DNA of 63,417 nt, filler included, from Aduncisulcus paluster (taxonomy: Eukaryota), in assembly GCA_024181965.1 (NCBI GenBank). It is 9 parts of 9 records of this genome, joined end to end, with 100 filler letters (N's around TTAATTAATTAA, not from the genome) between each part and the next. Parts side by side here need not be neighbours in the genome. Positions count along the whole stretch, not along the records: positions 5,879 to 13,936 come from BQXS01010085.1; positions 14,037 to 19,658 come from BQXS01010086.1; positions 19,759 to 23,997 come from BQXS01010087.1; 6 more parts are not named here. The stretch is one strand, 5' to 3'. The translations under genes and the position numbers were made by a program. Positions 10,701 through 20,481 of this stretch are shown one piece after another (within the stretch, counting starts at the first letter, position 1; each line of letters starts with the position of its first letter). The notes under the pieces are model-generated. The model did not search any database, was not told the origin of the DNA, and was given only the letters and a program-made list of their open reading frames with translations.

Positions 10701-12776
10701 AATGTGAGCACAAACATCGTAAGAGTTTGTCAGAGTTGTGAAACGAGGTTCATCGGTATCCTCAATGTGAGCTTGGAGTTGCTCATCGACAAAGAGGCCC
10801 TTCAAGGTCAAACCATCATCAATGGAACCTCCGTACAAGTGGTGGGCTTCAATAGGAAGATGGGCAACACAGAAGAAACGTTGGCCACAGTAGTCACACA
10901 AACAGGAGAATGGGATCAAAGCGTCATCAAGACCACGTTCAGCACCCTTCTCACGCATGAACTTGTATGCAACAGCCTCCATCTCAGCGTATTTGAAGGC
11001 AGAGTCACCATCTCCAATGTCAACGCCGTCAACAACCCAGCCACCGACACGACGAAGAATGATTCCACCGCAGACATAAGTCTGTCCACCAATTCCATAG
11101 AGTCCCTTGAGATCGACTGGACGGAGCTTTCCTTCCATCACAATCTGGACAGCGGCCTTGACAGTGTGCTCGAAGTCCTTCCTCATAGAGTTGAAGAGCT
11201 TTTCAGCATTGAGGGCACTGATGGACTGGCTAACCATGTGAGTGGTAACATCTTGCTGTTGTGAGGCCCAGTCACGGAATATGGGAATGTTCTGGATGGA
11301 CACAGGCACCTTGGGGATGAGTGAGGACGTTGTCAAGGGAATGTCCCCACTGATGCCAGCAGGACCAGCAATGGTCTCGACAGAAGCACCAGTGGAAACG
11401 ACAGTGCTTGTCTCTGTCAAAAGTTCGTCACTACCATCACGAAGAAGAGCTTTACCCCTGAGCTCATCAAGGGAGTACTCAGAGATAATAGGGATTGGAA
11501 TGAATGAAGGGTCAGTGGGAGCAGAGGAAGGACTTCCAGAAACAACGAGACGGAAGCAAGAAGGAACAATGTGGCTACCTTCGCTGTCAATGAATCCAGC
11601 AAAACGAGCCAATGAATCTCCATCATTCAAAAGAGTGTTTCCGGCCAAAAGAAGCATCTGATCAAGACCATAGCCGTGGCTTCTCATGATTTCACTCTTC
11701 AGCACTCCACAGGTGGCATGCTCCATGGGTAAATGATAACGAAAGACAGGAGTCACGACAGGCTGAGCTTGGCTAGAATCCAACACACTATCACTGGCAT
11801 CAGCAAGGAGGTCTTCCTGGTCACCACTGATGACGGCTCCAATAAGACGTCTCATGGCAGCAGCAGGGATGGGAGGGAAACTGACACGAAGAGACAGGAG
11901 AGATGGGTCACTCAATGATCTCATGTCAAGTTCCTCGGCTTTACGGTGGATTTCACGACGCTCAGCCTCACGGTGCTCTTTTTCAAGACGGCGCTTCCTG
12001 GCTTCTTCTTCAACGGCAAGACGGTGTTCATACTCCTCACGAGCTTCACTGTAACGGAATTCACTGGCAAAAGCACTCATCTCCTTAAGAATTCTATCCC
12101 TTTCATGATCTTGGGAAGGGTGAGGCAAAACCATTTCTAGCTCATCGTGTTTCTGTTTCACGAAATCAATGGCAATCTTCGGTTCCTTTTTGGGGATCAC
12201 CACTTCAGGTGTCTTTTTAGGCACCACTTCTGGTTTCTTTGGCTCCTTCTTGGGACGATCAATAGTAATCTTCGGTTCCTTTTTAGGGACCACAATATCG
12301 GCTTTCTTTGGCTCCTTGGGCAGATCAATCAGGATCTGTGAAGTAGTTTCTCGAACTTGTTGATCTTGCTTGTGATTGGAAACTTCAAGAACCTTCTTTT
12401 CCGGTTCCTCTTTTGGCAAAACGGGTTGAGGTTTCTTTGGCTCCTTCTTGGGAAGATCAATGGCAATCTTCGGTTCCTTTTTAGGGACCACCACTTCTGG
12501 TTCCTTTTTAGGGACCACGATATCGGCTTTCTTTGGCTCCTTGGGAAGATCAATCAGGATCTGTGAAGTAGTTTCTCGAACTTGTTGATCTTGCTTGGGC
12601 TTGGAAATTTCAAGAACCTTCTTTTCTGGTTCCTCTTTTGGCAAAACGGGTTGAGGTTCTTTTGGCTCCTTTTTGAGCTCTTCAGTCTTTTTGGGCTCTT
12701 GCGTTTTAGAATCCTCTTTTTTAGAAGCCTTGTGGGGAGGATATACCTCTCCAGCTTTAGTGCAACTGATTCCCAT
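7701..12776 (-). CDS. CLU (clustered mitochondria/CLUH-like) domain protein with C-terminal TPR region. About 320 nt is duplicated around the gap at 10213-10232
   Basis: RDW...KDFEHTVKAAVQIV, YVCGGI, CLCDYCGQRF, YGGSIDDG, FRLRPELV, WGIDERYLG...EREMLARV (CLU central domain), FGFSHPITAEQYLA (TPR). Confidence 0.8.
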   Translation of the reverse strand: MGISCTKAGEVYPPHKASKKEDSKTQEPKKTEELKKEPKEPQPVLPKEEPEKKVLEISKPKQDQQVRETTSQILIDLPKEPKKADIVVPKKEPEVVVPKKEPKIAIDLPKKEPKKPQPVLPKEEPEKKVLEVSNHKQDQQVRETTSQILIDLPKEPKKADIVVPKKEPKITIDRPKKEPKKPEVVPKKTPEVVIPKKEPKIAIDFVKQKHDELEMVLPHPSQDHERDRILKEMSAFASEFRYSEAREEYEHRLAVEEEARKRRLEKEHREAERREIHRKAEELDMRSLSDPSLLSLRVSFPPIPAAAMRRLIGAVISGDQEDLLADASDSVLDSSQAQPVVTPVFRYHLPMEHATCGVLKSEIMRSHGYGLDQMLLLAGNTLLNDGDSLARFAGFIDSEGSHIVPSCFRLVVSGSPSSAPTDPSFIPIPIISEYSLDELRGKALLRDGSDELLTETSTVVSTGASVETIAGPAGISGDIPLTTSSLIPKVPVSIQNIPIFRDWASQQQDVTTHMVSQSISALNAEKLFNSMRKDFEHTVKAAVQIVMEGKLRPVDLKGLYGIGGQTYVCGGIILRRVGGWVVDGVDIGDGDSAFKYAEMEAVAYKFMREKGAERGLDDALIPFSCLCDYCGQRFFCVAHLPIEAHHLYGGSIDDGLTLKGLFVDEQLQAHIEDTDEPRFTTLTNSYDVCAHIGKAMNVATHRAVPALAEHVSKTRLGKRMLKGEEMQSVWLPLDIHTKVFQQTAAPDCFYVLPSAHCLPRDMSEAMDGSLDELEGRNIEDEELLIRSTAFRLRPELVASYSCGGILKPGFTEYHTVPSRLCDHCKTIINEYSYYSYVNPAGSIVKKQYXXXXXXXFYVLPSAHCLPRDMSEAMDGSLDELEGRNIEDEELLIRSTAFRLRPELVASYSCGGILKPGFTEYHTVPSRLCDHCKTIINEYSYYSYVNPAGSIVKKQYHLCENCYSSVPALELAVKKENLIPRVVPERQRVTYWKNEEGEVSLTKPLALTPLNPDAHVAPRPSEEVGKLCNGMCMDDVDMLRGCSVYLTDELIPKFAKDLDGLYLKAATLNHSMSISKDEHLQKKEQLSLTSTSLSATPSFGNATRSLSASTTVGGVLAGTGMCSGVGEHCSGLGASDMTPIPSTGDELVAMMEEWGIDERYLGAVCSASECGAVRELCEREMLARVICVLIRDGLSYIPKEKSEDVSQDLSSSLASDDVPEEENAPFVPGDSILSREFVQSHSKQVILHYLNEIFTSDIHRETCVTVWDYVSEVCVNKYNYPLSVCVRDRIFLQGCVDAIFKYMGVEVHPEKREGDGETTLIDFATPFPFGEDIIHYVHPRISVSVSIPLCVSETVRIHTEARESDMMGKRSKWWISGGPEREEASQSYVELLCAFSEANAGIMEILEKLGISLETELGEVSVKGFTPKDEKQPIEDEEEDQVEQSGVAEESVQEDASEYDSFTLPPALSDSLGAPLLKFASLLLEAALQLKSRHEENGRREYSRWNRCAGIPPSCLSKKAREMLEGVKRILGCLINGRNSGEMVLALRSIAELSHKQSRVDDNTECIDTMNECCDVCVRCFGFSHPITAEQYLATALMLRDGGDAEGAAPFVRRSFVILCELYGCYAEPTQQCFRELKKIETVLVSGLEDIDAEEMVAAIEKVEMGERVGEGSDDDGRDVFDVRTPSTSHMF
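12165..12680 (-). repeat. Coding tandem repeats: two ~225-nt units plus KKEP/VVPKK motifs (PEVK-like)
   Basis: PQPVLPKEEPEKKVLE..KQDQQVRETTSQILIDLPKEPKKADIVVPKKEP occurs twice, 225 nt apart. Confidence 0.9.
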
Positions 12777-13034
12777 ATTTTAGAATCAAGAAATGTAATC
12801 AAGAAGCAAAGATTCAAAGAAGATGGAGACCAGAAATTTTTTGATCATTATTCTCTCGAATACAGGTAAAATTATTGATGAAAATATAAATAAAAACATT
12901 ATTTATCAATAAAATTTGATTATTATTTGAAAATTATCATTTTTTGGCCGCCACCAAAAAAGTGGTTTCACCGTGCCAGGAATGAATAAAAAATCAGAAT
13001 TCAAGGAAAAATATAATTTATTATATATTTAAAC

Positions 13035-13936
13035 TTATTTCTTAGCGTAGACCTCCTTCATCTCATCCAATGTGATGATCTTCTTGAATTCTTCATCATC
13101 AGCATGACCAGCAGTTCCAAAGGCAATCATCTTGGTCTTAAGGAGTTCACACATGGCATCACGACCGGGACCGAGGTATTTACGAGGGTCGAATTCAGAA
13201 GGAGTCTCAGTGAAAACTTCACGGATGGAAGCAGTTACAGCCATACGAGAATCAGAATCAACGTTGATCTTGCTGACACCCTGGGAGATGGCTTCAACAA
13301 TGGCAGGAACGGGAACACCACAAGCAGCGGGCATCTTACCACCATAGTGGTTGATCTTCTTGACAAGTTCCTGAGGAACAGAAGAAGATCCGTGCATAAC
13401 CAAAGGAATACCAACACGGTCAGAGATCTTCTTAACGAGATCGATGGCGAGTTTGGGCTCAGATTTGAATTTGTAGGCACCGTGAGAGGTTCCGATAGCA
13501 ATAGCAAGACAATCGACACCGGTCTCCTCCACAAACTTAACAGCTTGATCAGGATCAGTGAGTTTCACAACACCAGTGATATCCTCTTCAATTCCACCGA
13601 GAGTTCCAAGTTCAGCCTCAACAGAGACACCACGAGCATGAGCGTACTCAACAACTTCCTTGGTGATACGAACATTCTCCTCGAAAGAGTGGTGAGAAGC
13701 ATCAATCATAACAGAGGTGAATCCAATAGCAATGGCCTTCTTGACAGAGTCGAGGGTGTCACCATGGTCGAGATGGAGAGCAACAGGGATGTCAGGGTTC
13801 TCTTCAACAGCAGCGTACATCAAATGTTTCAAGTAAGTGAAATTTGTGTACTTGAGGGCACCACGGGAAGCTTGGATGATCACGGGGGATCTAGTTTCAG
13901 AAGCAGCCTTCATGATGGCCTGAATGTTTTCCATGT
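13035..13936 (-). CDS. fba: Fructose-1,6-bisphosphate aldolase class II (Giardia/bacterial type), N-terminus truncated
   Basis: SPVIIQASRGA, LHLDHG, SVMIDAS, VEAELG, AIGTSHGAYKF, PLVMHGSS, KINVDSD, FDPRKYLGPGRDA. Confidence 0.97.
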
Positions 13937-14036
13937 NNNNNNNNNNNNNNNNNNNNNNNNNNNNNNNNNNNNNNNNNNNNTTAATTAATTAANNNNNNNN
14001 NNNNNNNNNNNNNNNNNNNNNNNNNNNNNNNNNNNN

Positions 14037-15727
14037 CCCATACTTCCCTTCTTCTCGACATTCCCACACTGGATAGTGATGTCCCTCGGTGTCATCTGAA
14101 GTGACTGAGGAAGAAGAGACATTGGTGTTGCTATTCGTCACAGGCATGACACATTTCTTAAGGTCTCTCTGAATCCCCGGAGCAACACATATCGGACTTT
14201 CGACACATAGCCCAGATGACAGATCTTCATAATACCCATAAGCACATTCACTTGCATACGATCCATCGAGTTGTTGGACACATGCACGATGGGAGTCAAT
14301 AGACATGCTTTCAGTGTCATCACAGAGGCTTGTTGAGTATGAACCAGAGACTACCTCAAGGTTAGGTTGAATCGACTCAGGGAATAATGCAACAATCGCA
14401 TCTGAAGTGTATGAATCGTCAAGAGGATTCCCAGAGATGCCGAGATATTCGAAGGAGTCAGAGAGACTCGAATCGAATACCAATGGGAATATATCAGAGA
14501 TATTATTATTCCTCAAGTCAACAGCAGTCAACGTAGACAAATATTTGAGTGGTTCAATATCTTCGATGGAATGTCCATACACATCCAGGGATAACAGCCC
14601 ACCAATATCGGAGATGGCATATTCAAGACCTCGAAGAGAGTACACAGTATTAAATCCCTCAACGAATACAGTTGGATTGTTAGCAATGACCTCGTTAACG
14701 TTGAGACTGCCACCAAAACCTCTGAGTTGAGCGACAGTCAGCACACCATCATCATCAGTGAGACCCATAGCGATTCGAATAACTTTTCTCAACACAGGAT
14801 CATGGATCAACTGGCATGCAAACGTTCCTTCGTCAATAGTGCCTTCCTGAAGAGCAATGTATGAACACTGTTTCTGGCCTGGAGTTATTGCATTTCCATC
14901 TGCATCCTCATTCCAGGCATATGGATTGTACACCTCATTTAGGATGAAAGAAGGACACAAGGGATCATCTTCTCGACATTGACCAGTGGGTTCAGAGGTC
15001 AAAGGGCATGAACTCTCAGAAAACTCCAGATATTCCTCAGTAAGAGCTGGAAATACAGAAAAATATCCATATAGAAGAAATTCCACAAATTTTGCATATG
15101 TTTCGCTGTAACATATTGGAGAGAGGCCATTATCTCCAAAAGAGAGGGCAAGTCGAGTCAAGTTGGCATTCTTGAAAAAAGGAGAGAGGTCAAAAATGGA
15201 GCTTCCATACGTTTCCAATTGATCAATACCATGAGAATACGCAAAATATGAGAAGTCTGAACGATTCATATAACAAAGAGCCAAGTGACCCATCTGTAAC
15301 AAACCCATAAAAGTTGGAATTCTGTTTGCTCATTTGAGAGCTGTAAAAAATAGAGTTCCTGAAGGTCAGACAATGAAGAATAATCCAATACACGCTCAGA
15401 AACCAGATTAAGAACTCTTAGACTTGAACTTGAGTATTGAATACCCTCTAAGTCAGATATTTTGTTTCCGATTGAATTAATGTTTGTAATGGTCTCCATT
15501 TTTTCCAATGATATATCACAGCCGGTGGATACGTAGGGATAATCCTCAATAGCACATAATAACTTTCGAAAACGCAGATCAGGAATATATAGTGCAAACT
15601 CATCTTCTTCAACTATTTCAGCAGGAATGGGGATAATACAAAAGGCAATAAAAATAAAAATGGCCAGAAAGGATAAATATTCCTTAAAAACACTCAGTTT
15701 TTTTAGAAAAGTCGTAATAGAAATCAT
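14037..15727 (-). CDS. Secreted or surface internalin-type LRR plus Cys-rich protein. Frame-disrupted near 15245-15330; 3' end truncated
   Basis: A signal/TM segment (LSFLAIFIFIAFCIIPIPA) is followed by an IPDLRFRKLL cap and ISDLEGIQY. The second ORF has IEDIEPL, LTAVDLRNNNISDIFPL and Cys-rich repeats. The two ORFs overlap in different frames. Confidence 0.7.
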
Positions 15728-15948
15728 CTCCTGGATATTGTTGAAAATATTAACAAAACAAAATTATATATTCAAAAATTCCGATAAAATCGATTTTAGA
15801 AAGGAAATTACAACTTTTTTACAAAAATAAAACAGTGCACCTCGGGAAAAAAATAATGCAAAAACTTTGAAGGCGTGACACCGCATGATGACTAAATAAG
15901 CAAATTATTTGACATGTCTTTTAAATTTATTAATAATCCCATCATTTT

Positions 15949-16662
15949 TTATTTTTCATTCTTCTCGTTATAATCGCCATTCTCATCAATCCATCCGGGA
16001 ACTCGTTCATTCTCGACAAGAGATTTCATCACCATACACACCCTTTTAAAATCAACTTTAATATCATCAGCCAATTGAAGAACGCCTATTTTATAGACTT
16101 CATCTGTGCATGCTTCCTTTTTATCTTTCAAGAAGGATATAATTTTAGAAGCAACACCTCCACGAGTAATGAGTGTTTTCCTTACAATAGGTGGAATATC
16201 AACAACTGTGGCATCAATTTTTTCATTTTTTTGATAATCTTCAAGTTCTTTCATCTCTGCTTCATATATTAGACGAGCTTTTTCACGGCGTTCTTCTTTT
16301 TCTTTCTCACGAGCATCCTCCTCAGCCTTTTTCTTACGTTCAGCAAGACGTTGTTTTTCCTTAACTTCCATGGCAGCATCATATTGGTCAATTAATTTTT
16401 TACAACGAGTTGGAGATACCTTCTCACCACTAGCTTTTACACCACCACCATCAGATGTTGTCTTAATGATACCAATCTTATATAAGGCCGGATGAATTCC
16501 TAAATCCTGAGCTTTTAGCTCAAATTCTTCCTCTTTTGTTAATTCTTGAGATACTTCAGGCTTTTTTTTACCGAGAACAACGGCGGCAATGGCCAACGCA
16601 ATAATAACAGTAAAGAAGATTACTACCGTAATAATACTTCCAATATCGATATCTTCACCCAT
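15949..16662 (-). CDS. DDRGK1/UFBP1-like membrane-anchored protein (UFMylation adaptor family)
   Basis: An N-terminal TM segment, a KKAEEDAREKEKEERREK coiled coil, and a C-terminal winged-helix-like IISFLKDKK...LQLADDIKVDFKRVCMVMKSLVENERVPGWIDENGDY, compared with DDRGK1 FINYIK..KVV.LEDLA...IQDL...ITGVIDDRGKF. Confidence 0.6.
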   Translation of the reverse strand: MGEDIDIGSIITVVIFFTVIIALAIAAVVLGKKKPEVSQELTKEEEFELKAQDLGIHPALYKIGIIKTTSDGGGVKASGEKVSPTRCKKLIDQYDAAMEVKEKQRLAERKKKAEEDAREKEKEERREKARLIYEAEMKELEDYQKNEKIDATVVDIPPIVRKTLITRGGVASKIISFLKDKKEACTDEVYKIGVLQLADDIKVDFKRVCMVMKSLVENERVPGWIDENGDYNEKNEK

Positions 16663-16937
16663 ATATACAGTCTTATAACAAAGTAAATTCTTTTTAATTG
16701 AAATTAGAAAAGCCAAAACAAAAACATAAATTCGTTCAAAAGAATCATAAGAAACATACTTATGGAAATTGATTATTGAAAAGTTTTTAAAAAAATGTTA
16801 TAATTAATTCTCAGTTGCGGCGAAACTCGACGAAACCAGTAAAATTAAGAATCCATTTGATTTCAATGAAGTTTAATCAAGAACAGTTTGATTAGAGTTT
16901 TAATTGTAATTATTTATTAATTTTTTTTACTGGTTAT

Positions 16938-18200
16938 TTAAAATTGACCCCACACATCTTCATCTGTTCCTATTCCCTCTTGTTCAATCCCTTCGTCAGT
17001 CTCTCCCTGGTCAATCACCTTACCAGCAGTACTGGATGCAAGGGTATCACGATCGCTATCTTCCTCCCCATCCATCAAACCTTGCTGAACACTCACCTTC
17101 TTGGCTCGCAAAAGTGCATGAACATAGTTAATGTCTGTTTTGATATTCTTTATGGCCTTCTCAAAGATTTCAGCGGCAGTTAGTTGACCAATGGCTTCGA
17201 TGGAGAGGATAAAATCATTGGGAGAAGGAACGACACTGACAACACCCTTGAACTTTGGATCACGAGGCTTGCAACACTCAGCGCAATAAATGCACCTGGC
17301 TTCGGCCTCAGGACGATCAAACTGCTGGAATATCCTCTGGCGATGCTCGGCAGCACGTTCCTCAAGTCCACGACGTTTGAGATCCTGAAGAGTAACATCA
17401 TGTTCAGTGACATGCTCAATAACTTGACGGAAGAACTTGCCTTCTTCAGATTCAGGGTCTGCAGTGAGACGCTTTTCGTCATCAAGAGCAGTCGATACCC
17501 TTACTCTCCCGGACACCAGATCTATGGTATATACATTACGAGGACACAAATGGACAAACTGTTCGGCTGATTCAGCATCAAGTTCACTCATTTTCTCAAT
17601 ATCAATAGTAATCTTAGGATATGGGACCAGTGATACTTTGGACACTGGGCACCATTTCGCATGCTGGGTTCCATTTTCACGTTCGGCATACATAGAAAGC
17701 TCAATTCCCTGACCAGGCGCAAGAGTAACAATTTTAATCGGGTCATGTTTTGAATCTAAATGAGATAAAGGAACGACGTCACCTTCTCCAAGGCTTTTGA
17801 TATCACGGCAGGTCACATCGAGTTTCCTCCCGTGAGAATGGGGATTACGGACCTTTAGAGAAAATCTTTGTTGGGTTTTTTCAAAATCAGGATTCATGGG
17901 GTTAGAATCTTTTCTTACATATTGTTTTTCACCAGTAGTTTTAAGCTCACTCTCTTCACTTTTACAAGCAAGTGGAATAAGTCCTATTCTGTGGATCAAG
18001 AACTCATCGGTTAGAATAGATGTATTTTCCTTTAATTTAACACGATCAATAGCCCAAGTTTTAACAGAAGCAAGGACAGATCGGCGGATTGCATTTGCAT
18101 AAGCCAAAGGTATATTTTTAAGACGAACTACAAGTTCATCATCTGTACATTTTCTGATTTCAACCTTCTGGGGTGGAATAGCATCCTCTAAGTGATCCAT
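16938..18200 (-). CDS. RNA polymerase alpha-like subunit, RPB3/AC40(RPAC1)/RpoD family
   Basis: ANAIRR..LASV...AIDRV...ENTSILTDEFLIHRIGLIPL, IVTLAPGQ, HAKW, FILSIEAIGQLTAAEIFEKAI. Likely start is MDHLED at 18200. Confidence 0.92.
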   Translation of the reverse strand: MDHLEDAIPPQKVEIRKCTDDELVVRLKNIPLAYANAIRRSVLASVKTWAIDRVKLKENTSILTDEFLIHRIGLIPLACKSEESELKTTGEKQYVRKDSNPMNPDFEKTQQRFSLKVRNPHSHGRKLDVTCRDIKSLGEGDVVPLSHLDSKHDPIKIVTLAPGQGIELSMYAERENGTQHAKWCPVSKVSLVPYPKITIDIEKMSELDAESAEQFVHLCPRNVYTIDLVSGRVRVSTALDDEKRLTADPESEEGKFFRQVIEHVTEHDVTLQDLKRRGLEERAAEHRQRIFQQFDRPEAEARCIYCAECCKPRDPKFKGVVSVVPSPNDFILSIEAIGQLTAAEIFEKAIKNIKTDINYVHALLRAKKVSVQQGLMDGEEDSDRDTLASSTAGKVIDQGETDEGIEQEGIGTDEDVWGQF

Positions 18201-18634
18201 ATTATGCCCAAAAACGGCAATCGATTTTTTTTCGTTAATCAAAAAAGAAAAATGAAATTCTATGTTTAATATTCTCCATATTTCCAAGTTTACCGAATAA
18301 TTTGCAGTGAATAATTTTTTTCTTAATTGATATTAACAAGATAGACTTATCAATAGAAATAGTAAGTTAACACAAAAGAAGATAATAAAATGTGAGTCTC
18401 AATTCTTTCTCTTCATTATTGGTTCTCATAAAAAATTCGAAAAATGCATATTTGAAGCATATCGGGATTTTCGTTGGAAATTTGGTATTTGGGAATTCCG
18501 AAGAGTCAAAATTATCATTGTAAAGTAAATAACGAGTTCTAAAAATTTTATTATATTTTTTTATCCCCTTTTGAAGGATTTCTTCGCCAGATTTTTTTCT
18601 TCGATTAGTCCTAAAGTGTTATTTTGTCACAACA

Positions 18635-19658
18635 ATGGGACTCTTCGACAAACTGGATCATTCCTTAACGAAAATAAGGCTTGATGATGCTGGTATTTCT
18701 GATATTTCTGTTATTTTACAAGAGTTATCTGAATTTCCAAATCTTGCCAGTCTGTACCTTCGTGGAAACAAAATTACCAACTGGAAAGTTGATATGTCAC
18801 ACCTCAAGGGTTTAAAAGTTTTGGATGTTACAGGTAATCCTCCTCCTCGGGATTTACAAGCACTCATTGTAACCCTCCAAGGGTGTCCCTCGTTGGAATC
18901 CTTATATATTGATTTAGCAAGCGAAGAAGATGAAGACGATTTGATTGTTAATATTAGCAAACTTAATTTTCTTAATGGCCTCCCTCTTAGTGAAGGGGTT
19001 GCCGATATTCGTCCTTCAACAGAACCATACCACAATGATTTAGCAGGAATGCCATCTGTAACTACTTCTGATGAGCCTGGTATTGCCGAGCTCACAAAAT
19101 CTGATATTCCATCTGTTACTCAACAATCTCCCCTATCTCATTCCAGTTCTCTTGCTCAACGTGAATCATTACCTCCATCATCTGGATCCGACCAACAACG
19201 ACTTGCTGAGACCATGAAATCCGAAGAATTAAAGATTCAAGTCGAGCGCAACGGGTGGTACTTGGCTGAAATTGAACGTCTTCGTGCCCGTGTGAAAATG
19301 CTTGAAATGGCTGCCGATAAACAGACAGCCTCCACTCTTGGCCTTTCATCCTCAAGCAAGCCTATCCTCTCCTCAAGTAATCACATCTCTATTCCCCGCA
19401 GTAGCTCTGCCTCCCTCCCCGCCCCAGGTCTTCCCATCCATGGCAGTGTATCTTCTCACTCTCTCCATACTCCGACCCATCAACAACATACGCAAATTAT
19501 TGCACCCCCCAAAGGCTCCATGACCCCCATGTCCCCCGGGTTGGGATCTTCTGCCCACTTGAACAGGACTGGGACTCCATCAACGTATGGCACTCGGGGA
19601 GTGACCGGAAAGAAGGTGCTCACTTTACGTCAGTTAAAGGACTTTATTACCGATCTCT
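18635..19658 (+). CDS. Leucine-rich repeat protein with a coiled coil (3' end truncated)
   Basis: LxxLxLxxN repeats (LASLYLRGNKI, LKVLDVTGNP, LESLYI) and an LRR cap (LNFLNG). Confidence 0.8.
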
Positions 19659-19758
19659 NNNNNNNNNNNNNNNNNNNNNNNNNNNNNNNNNNNNNNNNNN
19701 NNTTAATTAATTAANNNNNNNNNNNNNNNNNNNNNNNNNNNNNNNNNNNNNNNNNNNN

Positions 19759-20121
19759 AAACTCATTGTGTTCGAAGACCACCCTTGGATCAGATATGAA
19801 TTGCGTGACGAGGATGGGACTGAAGTCATCAAGTTCATGAGTCCCGAGCAAGCTGCCAAACCTTCCTCCTTCCGGAGCAAGGAAGGTGGAGAACTCACTG
19901 TCGTTGATAGTCAGCCCATCATTGACTGGCTGATTCATAACTATAAGAAATTCGGCGCCAAGCTTGAGTTTGTGAGTGACAAGAGTCAGGAAGGTGCTCA
20001 GTTCGTTCGTGGATTTGGTGGTATCGGTGGGTTATTGAGATGGGCTGTGGATATGATGGAGTTTGAGGCTGTTGGCGACGAGCCTTCATTCGACGACAGT
20101 GATCTCGATGGATTCATCTAA
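19759..20121 (+). CDS. ETF1: Eukaryotic release factor 1, C-terminal domain fragment
   Basis: IIDWLIHNYKKFGAKLEFVSDKSQEGAQFVRGFGGIGGLLRW followed by an acidic tail. Confidence 0.93.
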   Translation, partial: KLIVFEDHPWIRYELRDEDGTEVIKFMSPEQAAKPSSFRSKEGGELTVVDSQPIIDWLIHNYKKFGAKLEFVSDKSQEGAQFVRGFGGIGGLLRWAVDMMEFEAVGDEPSFDDSDLDGFI

Positions 20122-20481
20122 GCTCATAATTTATATATTTACTGTTAATTTACTCCCTAAGGTTACCTTAACTGTGATAAGGTAAAATTTTGTTCTTGAG
20201 GGGTTCTTATTATTCATATTACGAAATAACATTTCTTCTCTGTATTACATTTATGAATAAATCTAAATGCTCTCCATCTTAAATAAACACCTCCGCTATT
20301 TATCAAGTTATTTGGGAAAACACGAATCGCTGCAGTATCGTTGTAATTCTGCATAAAATTGTTGAGCGAAAAACAAAAGTGTACATTCAATATGGAATAA
20401 CTTCCCAATATTTATAGAAACAGCCATAATATGCTTGTCATAATCAAAATATTTTTTCAACGCTATTTTTGACTCTATTGG

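Noticed and set aside
13104-13988. Long antisense ORFs, such as the 294-aa ORF opposite aldolase and many opposite CLU and the EGF gene
   Set aside because: These are shadow frames caused by codon bias of the real gene and show no recognisable motifs.
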